Positions 54,832 through 64,000 of a DNA stretch of 64,000 bases are shown here, in pieces (position 1 is the stretch's first letter; every line of letters starts with the position of its first letter). The stretch spans positions 26,041 to 90,040 of the forward strand of contig CAYMZX010000006.1 of assembly GCA_964395115.1 (NCBI GenBank), written 5' to 3'. This DNA comes from an uncultured Gammaproteobacteria bacterium. GTDB taxonomy: Bacteria > Patescibacteriota > Microgenomatia > UBA8517. The translations under genes and the position numbers were made by a program. The notes under the pieces are model-generated. The model searched no databases. It saw only the letters and a list, made by a program, of their open reading frames with translations, and was not told where the DNA came from.

Positions 54832-57255
54832 ATGTATGAACAAGGACTATCAGAATCCCAAGCACGAAAACTTTTACTCAAATACGGACTAAATATCCTA
54901 CCTGAAAAGCCCCCGCCCGGAAATTTTGCCACCTTCATCTCCCAATTCAAAAATCCTCTTGTTTATGTCTTGGTTGTAGCTGGAACCATCACTACCATTC
55001 TTGGACACTTTCCTGACACCATTCTTATTTTTTTGGCGGTCATAGTCAACTCAATTTTAGGATTTGTTCAAGAAAAGAAAGCAAATACTGCCCTTTATTC
55101 CTTAAAGAAATTTATTTCCCAGAAAACAGAGGTTATAAGAAATGGAAAACGCAAGAAAATTGACGTTTCCAAGGTCGTCCCCGGCGATATTATCATCCTT
55201 TCCCAGGGATCAAAAGTGCCTGCCGACGGCCAACTTACTTTTGCCAATAGAATCTGTTTTGATGAAGCAATTATCAGTGGTGAAAGTGTTCCGGCTACCA
55301 AAAGAGAGAACGAACCTGTTTTTATGGGAACAACAGTTGTATCAGGACAAGGTGTTATGAAAGTAATTACCACTGGTAAAAATACAAAAGTAGGAAGGAT
55401 TGCCCTAACTATCCAAGAAACTAAAGAGGATACACCACTCAAACGGCAACTCTCCAATTTTAGTAAAAAACTGGTTTATATCATCTTAGTCTTGACATTT
55501 TTTGTTTTTATAATTGGTTTAGCACGGGGAGAGAAAGTAGTAGATATTTTTAAAATCTCTATTGCCCTTTCAGTTTCGAGCATCCCCGAAGGCCTTATTG
55601 TTTCTATGACAGCGGTTTTGGCAATCGGCATGCAAAGAATTCTCAAAAGAAAAGGGTTGGTCCGAAAGCTGGTTTCAGCTGAAACACTAGGAGGAGTAAC
55701 CACCATTTGCCTTGATAAAACCGGAACCTTAACTGAGGGAAAAATGAAAGTCACCAACTTCTCAGGAAATCAAAATGAGTTGGCACAACAAATTACTTTG
55801 GCAAACGATTTAGACGATCCACTGGTTATCGCCGGATTTGAATGGGGTCGGGCAATTATCAAGGATTCTATCCAAAAACACCTTCGGCTCGATAGCATCC
55901 CCTTCTCCCCAAAAGAGCGCTTTTTCGCAAGCCTGCATAAGTGGGATAATAATAAAAATATAATCTTTGTCAACGGAGCTCCCGATATCCTTTTGAAATG
56001 GTGTGATATAAGCCATGCTGAAGCCGTAAAAATTCAAAAAGATATCAAAAACTCAACTTCACAAGGAGAAAGAGTAATAGGATTGGCAAAAAAGGCAGTT
56101 TCAAAAGACAAAACTAGATTGACTCTAAATGACGCAAAGAAAAATTTAACTTGGGTTGGTATGCTTTCTTTTTCAGATCCAGTTAGACACGGGGTCAAAG
56201 ATGCTCTTGATAAAGCCCATAAAGCAGGAATAAAACTTATGGTTATAACCGGTGATTATCCACAAACCGCTAGACATGTTCTAAACCAACTTGGAATCTT
56301 TGTAAAACCTCAAGAAATTATGCTTGGGGACAGTCTTGAAAAATATTCAGAAGAAGAAATTTCCAAAAAAATAAGAAAGATTAAACTCTTTGCAAGAACT
56401 ACTCCTGAACAAAAGTCAAAAATAGTCAAAGCCCTCAAGAAAAATAATGAAATTGTAGCGATGATGGGGGATGGGGTTAACGACGCTTCTGCTCTTCATG
56501 AATCTGATATTGGTATTGTAGTAGCGGAGGCCAGCGACGTCGCCCGCGAGACCGCAGACTTGGTTCTTTTGGATTCCAATTTCTCAACAGTTGTTGCTGC
56601 AATTGAAGAAGGCAGGGGAATTTTTGATAATATCAGAAAAATTATTCTTTATCTTATGAGTGATGCTTTCGGGGAAATTGTGGTGGTAATCGGAGGAATT
56701 TTTATGGGACTACCACTGCCAATAACCGCTGTCCAGATACTTTGGATTAATTTAGTTTCAGATGGATTTCCATTTCTCGCCTTGACAGTTGATCCTAAAA
56801 GAAAAGATATTATGCAAACCAAACCTCGCTCTCCGAAGGAAAAGTTAGTCAATAATTGGATGATAAGCCTGATTGGAATTGTAAGTCTTGTTTCTGGAAT
56901 ATTCGCTCTTTTATTTTTTATTTGGGTATATTCCCATACTCAAAATACAATCCTTGCCCGTTCAATTGCCTTCATAACTTTGGGTTTCAACTCCCTAATT
57001 TATGTATTTTCAATAAGAACACTTCTTTCACCCTTCTGGCTTACTAATCACCTTGAAAACAAATGGCTTATAGCAGGGGTGATGGCGGGTTTTGGATTAC
57101 AAATTCTTCCTTTCACTCACCCAATTCTACGGTCATTTTTCAATATCACCACACCCTCAATTATCTATTGGATTGGGGCACTTTTTCTAGCAATAGCTTT
57201 GTTTTTTATAGTCGAAGCCTTCAAACTTGTTTACAGATTCAGGTTGATTAAATAA
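54832..57255 (+). CDS. P-type cation-transporting ATPase (type II, Ca2+/Mg2+-like)
   Basis: DKTGTLT phosphorylation motif, TGES, GDGVNDASAL, and 8-10 TM helices. Confidence 0.85.
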   Translation: MYEQGLSESQARKLLLKYGLNILPEKPPPGNFATFISQFKNPLVYVLVVAGTITTILGHFPDTILIFLAVIVNSILGFVQEKKANTALYSLKKFISQKTEVIRNGKRKKIDVSKVVPGDIIILSQGSKVPADGQLTFANRICFDEAIISGESVPATKRENEPVFMGTTVVSGQGVMKVITTGKNTKVGRIALTIQETKEDTPLKRQLSNFSKKLVYIILVLTFFVFIIGLARGEKVVDIFKISIALSVSSIPEGLIVSMTAVLAIGMQRILKRKGLVRKLVSAETLGGVTTICLDKTGTLTEGKMKVTNFSGNQNELAQQITLANDLDDPLVIAGFEWGRAIIKDSIQKHLRLDSIPFSPKERFFASLHKWDNNKNIIFVNGAPDILLKWCDISHAEAVKIQKDIKNSTSQGERVIGLAKKAVSKDKTRLTLNDAKKNLTWVGMLSFSDPVRHGVKDALDKAHKAGIKLMVITGDYPQTARHVLNQLGIFVKPQEIMLGDSLEKYSEEEISKKIRKIKLFARTTPEQKSKIVKALKKNNEIVAMMGDGVNDASALHESDIGIVVAEASDVARETADLVLLDSNFSTVVAAIEEGRGIFDNIRKIILYLMSDAFGEIVVVIGGIFMGLPLPITAVQILWINLVSDGFPFLALTVDPKRKDIMQTKPRSPKEKLVNNWMISLIGIVSLVSGIFALLFFIWVYSHTQNTILARSIAFITLGFNSLIYVFSIRTLLSPFWLTNHLENKWLIAGVMAGFGLQILPFTHPILRSFFNITTPSIIYWIGALFLAIALFFIVEAFKLVYRFRLIK

Positions 57256-57318
57256 TTAAATTCTTGTGTTTGTTTCCTTAAAGACTTAACTTGAAGTATG
57301 ATATGATAGTTTGAAAAC

Positions 57319-58092
57319 ATGCAAGACTTTTTTTTACTGCTTATTTACTCTTTTATAGGAAGTGTAGCGGGATTAATTGGCGGCGTTATCTTGCTGATTC
57401 GGGCAGACTGGGCCAAGAAACTTGCTTCAGTGGCTATTCCTTTGGCAGCAGGTGTTCTTCTTTCTCTTTCATTTCTTGATCTATTACCAGAAGCCTATGA
57501 GGAGGCGGGGAGAGTTGCTTTCAGTATAATTTTGATAGTTTTTGTTGTACTTTTTTTGATAGAAAGATTTTTACTTTATCTTCATCACCACCAAGAGTAT
57601 GGTGAAAAACATACGGGCCATGGGCATACCATTGGTGAGGAAGTGGTTCCCTTGGTTATTTTTGGCGACACAATTCATAATTTTTTGGACGGAGTGGTTA
57701 TTGGCACAAGCTTCCTGGTCAACCCGGGCCTCGCCATGCTTGTTGCTTTCTCAACTTTTTTGCATGAAACCCCTCATGAAATTGCTGACTTTGGAATCTT
57801 ACTAGCTAAGGGTTGGAGTAGAAAAAAAACCTTTATAGCAAATTTTCTCTCCTCGCTAACAACTTTCCCGGGGGCGATTCTTACTTTCTACTTTGCAGAG
57901 CAAATTGAAAATGGAGTCGGTATACTTCTAGCTCTTGCAGCCGGATTTTTCCTTTACGTTGCAACCACCGATTTCTTGCCAGAGGCAACCCACGCACCCA
58001 AAAAATATTTGGGTAATCAAGCCGTCTTTTTGATTCTTGGTATTCTGGCAATTGTTGCCATGCACACCCTTTTTCCAGAGATTGGGCACTAA
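57319..58092 (+). CDS. ZIP family metal (zinc) transporter
   Basis: HNFLDGV and HETPHEIADFGIL motifs, and TM helices. Confidence 0.8.
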   Translation: MQDFFLLLIYSFIGSVAGLIGGVILLIRADWAKKLASVAIPLAAGVLLSLSFLDLLPEAYEEAGRVAFSIILIVFVVLFLIERFLLYLHHHQEYGEKHTGHGHTIGEEVVPLVIFGDTIHNFLDGVVIGTSFLVNPGLAMLVAFSTFLHETPHEIADFGILLAKGWSRKKTFIANFLSSLTTFPGAILTFYFAEQIENGVGILLALAAGFFLYVATTDFLPEATHAPKKYLGNQAVFLILGILAIVAMHTLFPEIGH

Positions 58093-58198
58093 ATGACATC
58101 AAATGATCACAATAAAAATTACTTAGATATTGAGAAAGTTAAAAAAATCTCTTCACTTCGCACAGTTTTAGCTTCGGGATAGTGTTTTTTGGACAGCT

Positions 58199-58447
58199 TC
58201 ACAGACCCATCTTCAACCTTTTGTACTCATCAAGAACTTTTTCAGCCCAGTAAGAATTTTTAAAAACATCGCTTTTCACTATTTTATTTATATTTAAACT
58301 CAACTTTTTTCCCAACTTTTTTTGCGATTTCAAAAGAAATAGTATCCCCATTTTTTTTGAATTTTTGGCTAGATAATAAGACGCACGATAAAGGTCGGCA
58401 AGACAATCAGACAAAGGATCAAATTTATTTAGTGCCATAACCAACAA
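58199..58447 (-). CDS. Hypothetical protein
   Basis: ORF, overlapping the upstream gene by 23 nt (operon-like). Confidence 0.25.
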   Translation of the reverse strand: MLVMALNKFDPLSDCLADLYRASYYLAKNSKKMGILFLLKSQKKLGKKLSLNINKIVKSDVFKNSYWAEKVLDEYKRLKMGL

Positions 58448-58766
58448 AATATTTCTTTATAATAGCATGAAATTTCTTGCGGATTTTTGGACTCAAAATT
58501 TCCATACTGTCGTTACCAAGGCGAGGTCGAATATTAAGAACAGCCATTGTGTCAACTTGGTTATCAATCAAATTAACTCCGCCACCCCAAATATCATCCC
58601 CTCTGCTTCCTTTTTCAAGTAAAATCTGTTCGGCATCTGCATGTAACTTACCCCCAGCAACAACCCATTTTTTTTCGACATCAATCGTCAATTTGATGTA
58701 ATCACCATATTTTCTGCGCAATCTTGATATATCCTCTTTAGTAAGTTTTTTATCTATAAAATCCAC
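58425..58766 (-). CDS. Hypothetical protein (possibly a DUF5674-like CPR family)
   Basis: ORF with a conserved-looking IWGGGVNLIDNQVD segment. Recalled from memory, unverified. Confidence 0.3.
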   Translation of the reverse strand: MDFIDKKLTKEDISRLRRKYGDYIKLTIDVEKKWVVAGGKLHADAEQILLEKGSRGDDIWGGGVNLIDNQVDTMAVLNIRPRLGNDSMEILSPKIRKKFHAIIKKYFVGYGTK

Positions 58767-58827
58767 ACCCAGATTTTACCACAATTTTTAAAGAAGCTAA
58801 TCCAAAGAATCGATAACAAATTACAAG

Positions 58828-59166
58828 TTACCGATATGATTTTCTGCCTCTTGGTTGTCTGTAATCTCTTCGCTGGTTTCCGCCTCTGTAAGAACTAAAA
58901 AAACCGCTATCTCTTGCCTGAAGCGGACGAGCTTGGCTAACCACAACAGCTCTTTCGTCTAACTTTTTGCCATTTAATTTTGCAATGGCTTCTTGAGCTT
59001 CCTTTTCTGATCCCATTTCCACAAAACCAAAACCCTTTGACTTTCCACTAAACTTATCTACTATAATTTTCACAGAAACAATATTCCCAATCTCTGAGAA
59101 AAAGTTTCTTAGCGAATCCTCAGTGGTACTCCAAGAAAGTCCCCCAACAAATAATTTTGTTGCCAT
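58828..59166 (-). CDS. RRM-type RNA-binding protein with a Gly/Arg-rich tail
   Basis: RNP2 LFVGGL and RNP1 KGFGFVEM. Confidence 0.8.
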   Translation of the reverse strand: MATKLFVGGLSWSTTEDSLRNFFSEIGNIVSVKIIVDKFSGKSKGFGFVEMGSEKEAQEAIAKLNGKKLDERAVVVSQARPLQARDSGFFSSYRGGNQRRDYRQPRGRKSYR

Positions 59167-59252
59167 ATTTTATTCACCTCCAATCTTCGTTGATAATCCG
59201 TACTCTCTGTTTCTATCTCTTAGCTTACAACTTCCATTAAGTTTAATTACCC

Positions 59253-59612
59253 TTACTCTGATTGCGGCACTTCTGGTTCTCTTATCTCAACTTCTTCAGT
59301 TTTGGGACTTTGAGGCTCAGTTTCCTCTTGTACCGCAGGTACTGGCGAAGTGGCAGGAACCGCAGGCTGCTCTCGAGCATCACTGACATTAACCGGTCTT
59401 CCTTCTAATTCTTTTTTGTTTAGCTTTGTTTTGGCTTCTTCAGCTTCGGCGTCTGTAGACATTTCAACAAAACCAAAACCCTTAGACCTATCTGAATATT
59501 TGTCCCTAACCACCCTGGCTGAAACTACCTTACCAACTTGTCCAAAGAAATTTGCTAGCGATTCATCGGTCACTGACCACGCTAAATTACCAACAAAAAG
59601 TTTTTTGGCCAT
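59253..59612 (-). CDS. RRM-type RNA-binding protein (paralog) with an acidic/Pro-rich tail
   Basis: RNP2 LFVGNL and RNP1 KGFGFVEM. Confidence 0.8.
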   Translation of the reverse strand: MAKKLFVGNLAWSVTDESLANFFGQVGKVVSARVVRDKYSDRSKGFGFVEMSTDAEAEEAKTKLNKKELEGRPVNVSDAREQPAVPATSPVPAVQEETEPQSPKTEEVEIREPEVPQSE

Positions 59613-59973
59613 TTATTTTTGAAGCACCCCCTTTCTCATCAATTTCTTGAAGCAAACAGTCGAGAAGGACTTCGCATACCGAAGAAAATTTTCCCTTCAC
59701 GTATCTACTTCAATAAAATGATTGTATCACAAATATTTAAATTTTATAAGACAAAATAACTTTACGGGTATGATACAATAAGTTATATACAAGGATTTGA
59801 CAACTGATAAGCTCATTAATATCTTTTTGGAAAAAGGTGGTCGTATTAATGAGTATTATCTTAATAATCTGAAAAGTAGGCCAGTTTTAGTTTATTTGAA
59901 AGGCTGGTTCCGCGGTCAGAATATCCGCGACGCAGTGCTTCGTGCACTTGATGGCCGTTAAAAATTACCCTTA

Positions 59974-61050
59974 ATGGCAAGGTTAACTTACCAAGAACTT
60001 ATTGATAAACACATCAAAATTCTCAAAAGTCTGAAAACCAAGTCAGGACTTTTTATCGCCTCAAAAAGGGGAGTCCCAACCGGTTATGATAAAAGCTGGC
60101 TTAGAGATAATTTTTACGAAACAATTGCTTTTGAAATTATCGGGGATTGGAAGACAGTTGAGAAAACATATCGTGCAATATTGAAAATTTTCTTAAAACA
60201 CGAGCATAAAATTGACGAGGCAATTGTCGAGAAGCCCAAAAACACCTACCAATATATTCACGCAAGATTTCATCCTGAAACTTTTGATGAATTCTGGGAA
60301 GAATGGGGTAATAAGCAAAATGACGCGGTGGGGTGCATTCTCTTCCGCCTGGGTGAACTTGAAATTAACCAAAAGCGCTCTATTTTAAAAACAGAAGACC
60401 ACTTCAGGATTGTCAATAAGCTGGTTAAATATCTAGCCTCTATTGAATATTGGCAGGATAAAGACTCTGGCATGTGGGAGGAAGATGAAGAACTTCATGC
60501 TTCCTCAGTTGGAGCGTGTGTGGCTGGTTTAAAGTCAATTGCCCGCGTTCCAAGAATTGAAGTTCCTTTGTGGCTAATTAGAAAAGGAGAAAAGACTCTT
60601 AATGAACTTTTACCCAGAGAATCACAAAAGAAATTTGTTGATTTGGCACTTTTGTCTTTAATTTGGCCATATGATATTGTAAGCGACAAGATGCGTGAGC
60701 AAATTTTGGAAAATGTTGAGTATCATCTTCTTAAAGAAAGGGGGGTTATTCGTTACAAGGGTGATAAATACTACAACAAAAACCCCGACGGAGTAAGTGA
60801 AGAAGCAGAGTGGACTTTTGGTCTTTCCTGGCTTGCAATTATTTACCAGAAACTGGGCAGAGATGACAAAGCTCAAGAGCTTATCAAAAACCTTATAGCA
60901 GATGATACTCAAGCTGGCATGCCCGAGCTTTATTTTAGTAACTCTCCTGAATACAACGAAAATACTCCCCTTGGCTGGGCAGAGTCACTTTTTATTGTTG
61001 CTCTTTGGGAAATGAACGAAAGAATAGAAAAAAAGACTACGCAGAAGTAG
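59974..61050 (+). CDS. Glycoside hydrolase family 15-like (glucoamylase/glucodextranase-type (alpha/alpha)6 barrel)
   Basis: GYDKSWLRDN, WEEDEELHASSVGACVAGL and GMPELY segments typical of GH15. Confidence 0.6.
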   Translation: MARLTYQELIDKHIKILKSLKTKSGLFIASKRGVPTGYDKSWLRDNFYETIAFEIIGDWKTVEKTYRAILKIFLKHEHKIDEAIVEKPKNTYQYIHARFHPETFDEFWEEWGNKQNDAVGCILFRLGELEINQKRSILKTEDHFRIVNKLVKYLASIEYWQDKDSGMWEEDEELHASSVGACVAGLKSIARVPRIEVPLWLIRKGEKTLNELLPRESQKKFVDLALLSLIWPYDIVSDKMREQILENVEYHLLKERGVIRYKGDKYYNKNPDGVSEEAEWTFGLSWLAIIYQKLGRDDKAQELIKNLIADDTQAGMPELYFSNSPEYNENTPLGWAESLFIVALWEMNERIEKKTTQK

Positions 61051-61076
61051 TAAAAATCTATTGTTATAATCCTACC

Positions 61077-61283
61077 ATGGAGAGATTATGTTTTAATTGT
61101 TGGTTTCATGGACTCAAAGAATGTGATTTTGCAAAAATTGCACAAGAGATAGCCGACAATCCAAATCTATCTCCTCAAGAAAAACATCAACGAATATCTG
61201 ATGCAAGGTCTAACGCAAGAGAAAAAGGATGCCCTCGTATTAACGAAGTAGATCCATACTATGAAGGTAGAGAAAATCTTTGA
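61077..61283 (+). CDS. Small Cys-rich hypothetical protein
   Basis: ORF starting at an internal ATG after the GH15 stop. CFNCWFHGLKEC. Weak. Confidence 0.25.
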   Translation: MERLCFNCWFHGLKECDFAKIAQEIADNPNLSPQEKHQRISDARSNAREKGCPRINEVDPYYEGRENL

Positions 61284-61696
61284 AACAAAGCCAAAAAAAC
61301 TCTATCAGAAAACTTATTCGATTACTATATTGTCATTGGCTGAGCCAGTGGGGATTTTTGGAAAATATTTACAAACATAAAAAGGTATTTTACCAAGAAC
61401 CTGCTATAATTTCCTCAGTGACTAAAAAATACTGGTCGGCAAAGGTAACTAAAACTTCAATTGCCCTAGATTTGGAAGAAGGGGTTTTTACTTGGGATGA
61501 TCCCAAAAAAATAGCCCAATCTCTAAAACACTCGGCTGAGGTTAGCACTAGGAAAAAAGCCAAAACCCCTTACCAATCTGCCATGAGCATGCTTAATTTC
61601 TACATCAACCGCGCTGGTAAAAACTTACCTCCTGACAGGAGAAAAATTTTGGAGAGGGCAAAAGTTGAATTAAGAATTCTTTGCGGTAAAAAATAA
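61280..61696 (+). CDS. DUF3175-like protein
   Basis: Segment LDLEEGVFTWDDPKKIAQSLKHSAE...SAMSMLNFYINRAGKNL resembles DUF3175, recalled from memory. The start codon is uncertain. Confidence 0.35.
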   Translation: MKQSQKNSIRKLIRLLYCHWLSQWGFLENIYKHKKVFYQEPAIISSVTKKYWSAKVTKTSIALDLEEGVFTWDDPKKIAQSLKHSAEVSTRKKAKTPYQSAMSMLNFYINRAGKNLPPDRRKILERAKVELRILCGKK

Positions 61697-61697
61697 G

Positions 61698-62159
61698 CTA
61701 GTCAATTTCTTCAACCCTCAATTTAGTACTTTTTTCACCCGATGGATATTCAACTGTCTCTCCAATTCTTTTTCCAACCAGACTTGCTCCCAGTGGCGAA
61801 GTTGGAGTAATAATTTGTATTCCCGCCAAAAGAACTTGATTTTTTGCAAGAAAATATTCGTACTTTACACCTGCTTCATCCGCAAGAACAACATGGCAAG
61901 GAACAGTTATCACTTCTGGATTAACTGAATCAAGACAAACCCGGACTTCAGAAAGTAATCCCTCAAGCGCCATAAGTCTTTGTTTATTTAAGTCCGCTTG
62001 TGTCTCTGCGAAATACCTATCTCCACTTGCAGACGGTGAAGCAAATGCCGCCTGACTAGAAATTTTAAAATCCTGGTCAGAAGTTGCCGCAAATTTTTTG
62101 GCCATAGCAAGCTCTTTCTCAATAAGCTCTTTCAATCTTTCAATCTTTTCCCTCGCCAT
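61698..62159 (-). CDS. greA: Transcription elongation factor GreA-like
   Basis: N-terminal coiled-coil and a C-terminal FKBP-like domain with conserved acidic tip residues. Confidence 0.7.
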   Translation of the reverse strand: MAREKIERLKELIEKELAMAKKFAATSDQDFKISSQAAFASPSASGDRYFAETQADLNKQRLMALEGLLSEVRVCLDSVNPEVITVPCHVVLADEAGVKYEYFLAKNQVLLAGIQIITPTSPLGASLVGKRIGETVEYPSGEKSTKLRVEEID

Positions 62160-62180
62160 AAAACTAATTATACTTTTAAT

Positions 62181-62717
62181 ATGAAAAAATTGCCTCTTAT
62201 CAATTTTTCAAAGCCCCAGAAAAATTTGGGAGGAGCTACAGCCGTTATATTTAACAAGGCAAAAAACAAAATTCTTTTGGCCAAAAGAAGAGATTTGCCT
62301 GTCTGGGTAACCCCGGGTGGAATGATAGAAGATGGCGAATTACCCGAACAAGCTGTTCTAAGAGAAGTTTTTGAGGAAACTGGTGTTAAAGCTAAAATAG
62401 TCAGGAAGGTCGCAGAATATTTCAAAAAAAATTCTCAGAAAAAAATTTATCTTTTTGAATGCAAGATAATATCAGGTAAACCTTCTCCCCAACTTGAATC
62501 AAAAGAGGTCAGATTTTGGGATTATAAAAAATTACCAGAATTAATCGACCCAAGGGTCCACATTTATCTAAGAGATAGCTTACTGGCCAAAAAGACTTTA
62601 ATAAAAAGGAATCTTCCGAGTATAAAAAGTTTTCTGGATAAAAAATTTATAATAAAACACCCCTTTATTGCTTTTCGCTATAAACTCATGAAGCTTGGCA
62701 TTCACATAAATATTTAA
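62181..62717 (+). CDS. NUDIX hydrolase
   Basis: Nudix box GGMIEDGELPEQAVLREVFEETGV. Confidence 0.7.
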   Translation: MKKLPLINFSKPQKNLGGATAVIFNKAKNKILLAKRRDLPVWVTPGGMIEDGELPEQAVLREVFEETGVKAKIVRKVAEYFKKNSQKKIYLFECKIISGKPSPQLESKEVRFWDYKKLPELIDPRVHIYLRDSLLAKKTLIKRNLPSIKSFLDKKFIIKHPFIAFRYKLMKLGIHINI

Positions 62718-62718
62718 A

Positions 62719-63771
62719 TTATTTAAGATTTTCTTGAATATATTTATGGATGCCCTCCCATTTATCCACCCCATCTTTTGGTAAAAGAATAAATTGTCCA
62801 TCCGAGCTTCTGGACTCTATTAAAACATCCTCTGTTGTCAAATAAATCGAATTAAGAGAAACATTGGGGATTTGCTCATAAGTTTTTGCCAACTCAATAA
62901 GAGAGCTAATATCCAAATCGGTCTGAACATATTCAGCAATTTTATTGACAAGAGGAATAATTCTGGGAACTGTCTCAAAAGACAAAATTTTATTTTTGAT
63001 CCCTTTTAGAACAGCGTGTTGTCTTATCATCCTACCAAAGTCACCCCCATTTACCTCCGAGTGGCGAGAACGAACAAATTTCAAGGCAGTATCGGGCTTC
63101 ATTAAAGTCTTGCCTTTGTCAAAGTGGACAGTTTCATAGCGGCACTTAAATTGCTGCTCAAGTTTATAACCTGACAGTGTTTTTGTAAGCTGGGCTATCT
63201 CCTCACCCGTTTTGCCACAAGAATCATTTTCGCGCCCGGCAATGGGATAAAACTCATCACTAAATTCAAATGGCACATCAACTTCAACTCCTCCCAAAAT
63301 GTCTATAACGTGCTTAAAGCCTCCAAAATTTGCCGCAATAAAATAATCAACTGGCAAATTAGTAATTTTTGAAATTGTTTTTTTGGCCAAATCCCCTCCA
63401 CCTTTTGCAAAAGCCCAGTTAACTTTGTAGTGGTGGTTTCCGGTTTCCTCATCAGGCAATTCTACCCATAGATCTCTTGGGATTGAAATAAGATTAACTT
63501 TCTTTTCCTTTTCATTAATTTGTGCCAAGATAATGCTGTCGCTTAAAAGCCCTCCCGAGTGCCCCTCACCCCCATAGCCAATTAGCAAAATACTTTTAGG
63601 ACCGCCTGGAATTGGAGTGGGGGTTGGAAAAAGCCTTTGTTCCGGCAATGGATTTGCCTTATTTTCAGTGTGTATTTTTTTATAAGTAAAAATACTGTAA
63701 GAAAGTGCCAAAGATAAGACAAATATAAAAATGTAAAAACCCACCAATAAGGCAAGCCACTTTCTTCCCAT
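62719..63771 (-). CDS. LytR-CpsA-Psr (LCP) family cell-envelope phosphotransferase
   Basis: N-terminal TM, plus GYGGEGHSGGLLSDSIILAQIN...ISIPRDLWV motifs. Confidence 0.8.
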   Translation of the reverse strand: MGRKWLALLVGFYIFIFVLSLALSYSIFTYKKIHTENKANPLPEQRLFPTPTPIPGGPKSILLIGYGGEGHSGGLLSDSIILAQINEKEKKVNLISIPRDLWVELPDEETGNHHYKVNWAFAKGGGDLAKKTISKITNLPVDYFIAANFGGFKHVIDILGGVEVDVPFEFSDEFYPIAGRENDSCGKTGEEIAQLTKTLSGYKLEQQFKCRYETVHFDKGKTLMKPDTALKFVRSRHSEVNGGDFGRMIRQHAVLKGIKNKILSFETVPRIIPLVNKIAEYVQTDLDISSLIELAKTYEQIPNVSLNSIYLTTEDVLIESRSSDGQFILLPKDGVDKWEGIHKYIQENLK

Positions 63772-63790
63772 ACTTCATTGTAGAACAAAT

Positions 63791-64000
63791 TTACTTCAAG
63801 GAATAACCAAGATCTTTGAGTGTGGCTTTGATTTTATTTTCAGAAATATTTTTGGGGTCAAACTCCACTTTTGCCTGACCTTTGGCATAGCTGGTTTTGG
63901 AAGAAATTACTCCATCTAAATTCTCAAGTGCTCCATCAATATTCATAGAACAGCTAATACAATGCATACCTTTCACCTTCAGAACTAAAACTTTACCCTT
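63791..64000 (-). CDS. Heavy-metal-associated (HMA) domain protein. Partial: the frame stays open to the window edge, so it could be the C-terminal piece of a larger protein or a CopZ-like chaperone.
   Basis: GMHCISC metal-binding motif. No stop upstream in frame before nt 64000. Confidence 0.55.
   Translation of the reverse strand, partial: KGKVLVLKVKGMHCISCSMNIDGALENLDGVISSKTSYAKGQAKVEFDPKNISENKIKATLKDLGYSLK

Noticed and set aside
1-64000. CRISPR arrays, rRNA genes, transposase/IS elements
   Set aside because: No regularly spaced short repeats, no rRNA-like conserved stretches and no DDE transposase ORFs were seen. The only recombinase is the large serine recombinase at 36787-38313.

Overview
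The window looks like a small, low-GC, gene-dense bacterial genome with short proteins and standard code 11 (TGA is used as a stop). By inference from gene content it is probably CPR/Patescibacteria-like. About 70 protein genes are supported. They include PolX (partial, runs off the left edge), LemA-HtpX, gatC-gatA-[MFS]-gatB, dnaE, rplS, ruvC, holA, a PMM/PGI/ppsA/eno/gpmI block, lexA, secG, Lon, uppP, truB, SOD, a P-type ATPase, a ZIP transporter and GreA. I could parse 16 tRNA genes by eye. Fifteen of them lie in a tRNA-dense region between 27.9 and 38.4 kb; tRNA-Gln at 44.5 kb lies outside it. Most of the unusual structure is in that tRNA region. (1) Two tRNA-Leu genes are each followed by a related ~60-nt insert and an exact 19-nt copy of their own 3' end. 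(2) A truncated tRNA 5' fragment is followed by a 14-bp inverted repeat that brackets tRNA-Lys(CTT). (3) A ~4.7-kb island sits between convergent tRNA-Leu(TAG) and tRNA-Glu(CTC). It carries three copies of a ~170-bp repeat (two abut tRNA 3' ends, two flank the recombinase gene in inverted orientation), a large serine recombinase, and a five-gene operon of nucleotide/nucleic-acid end-processing enzymes (2 HIT, a frameshifted His-phosphatase, a ParB/Srx-like protein, a HAD phosphatase). I take this island as the best candidate for a previously undescribed mobile or defense-related module. A second small island next to tRNA-Gln carries NUDIX, His-phosphatase, an ANT(2'')-like nucleotidyltransferase, a second NUDIX and a degraded esterase, bounded by 24-nt direct repeats. 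No CRISPR array and no rRNA genes were seen.
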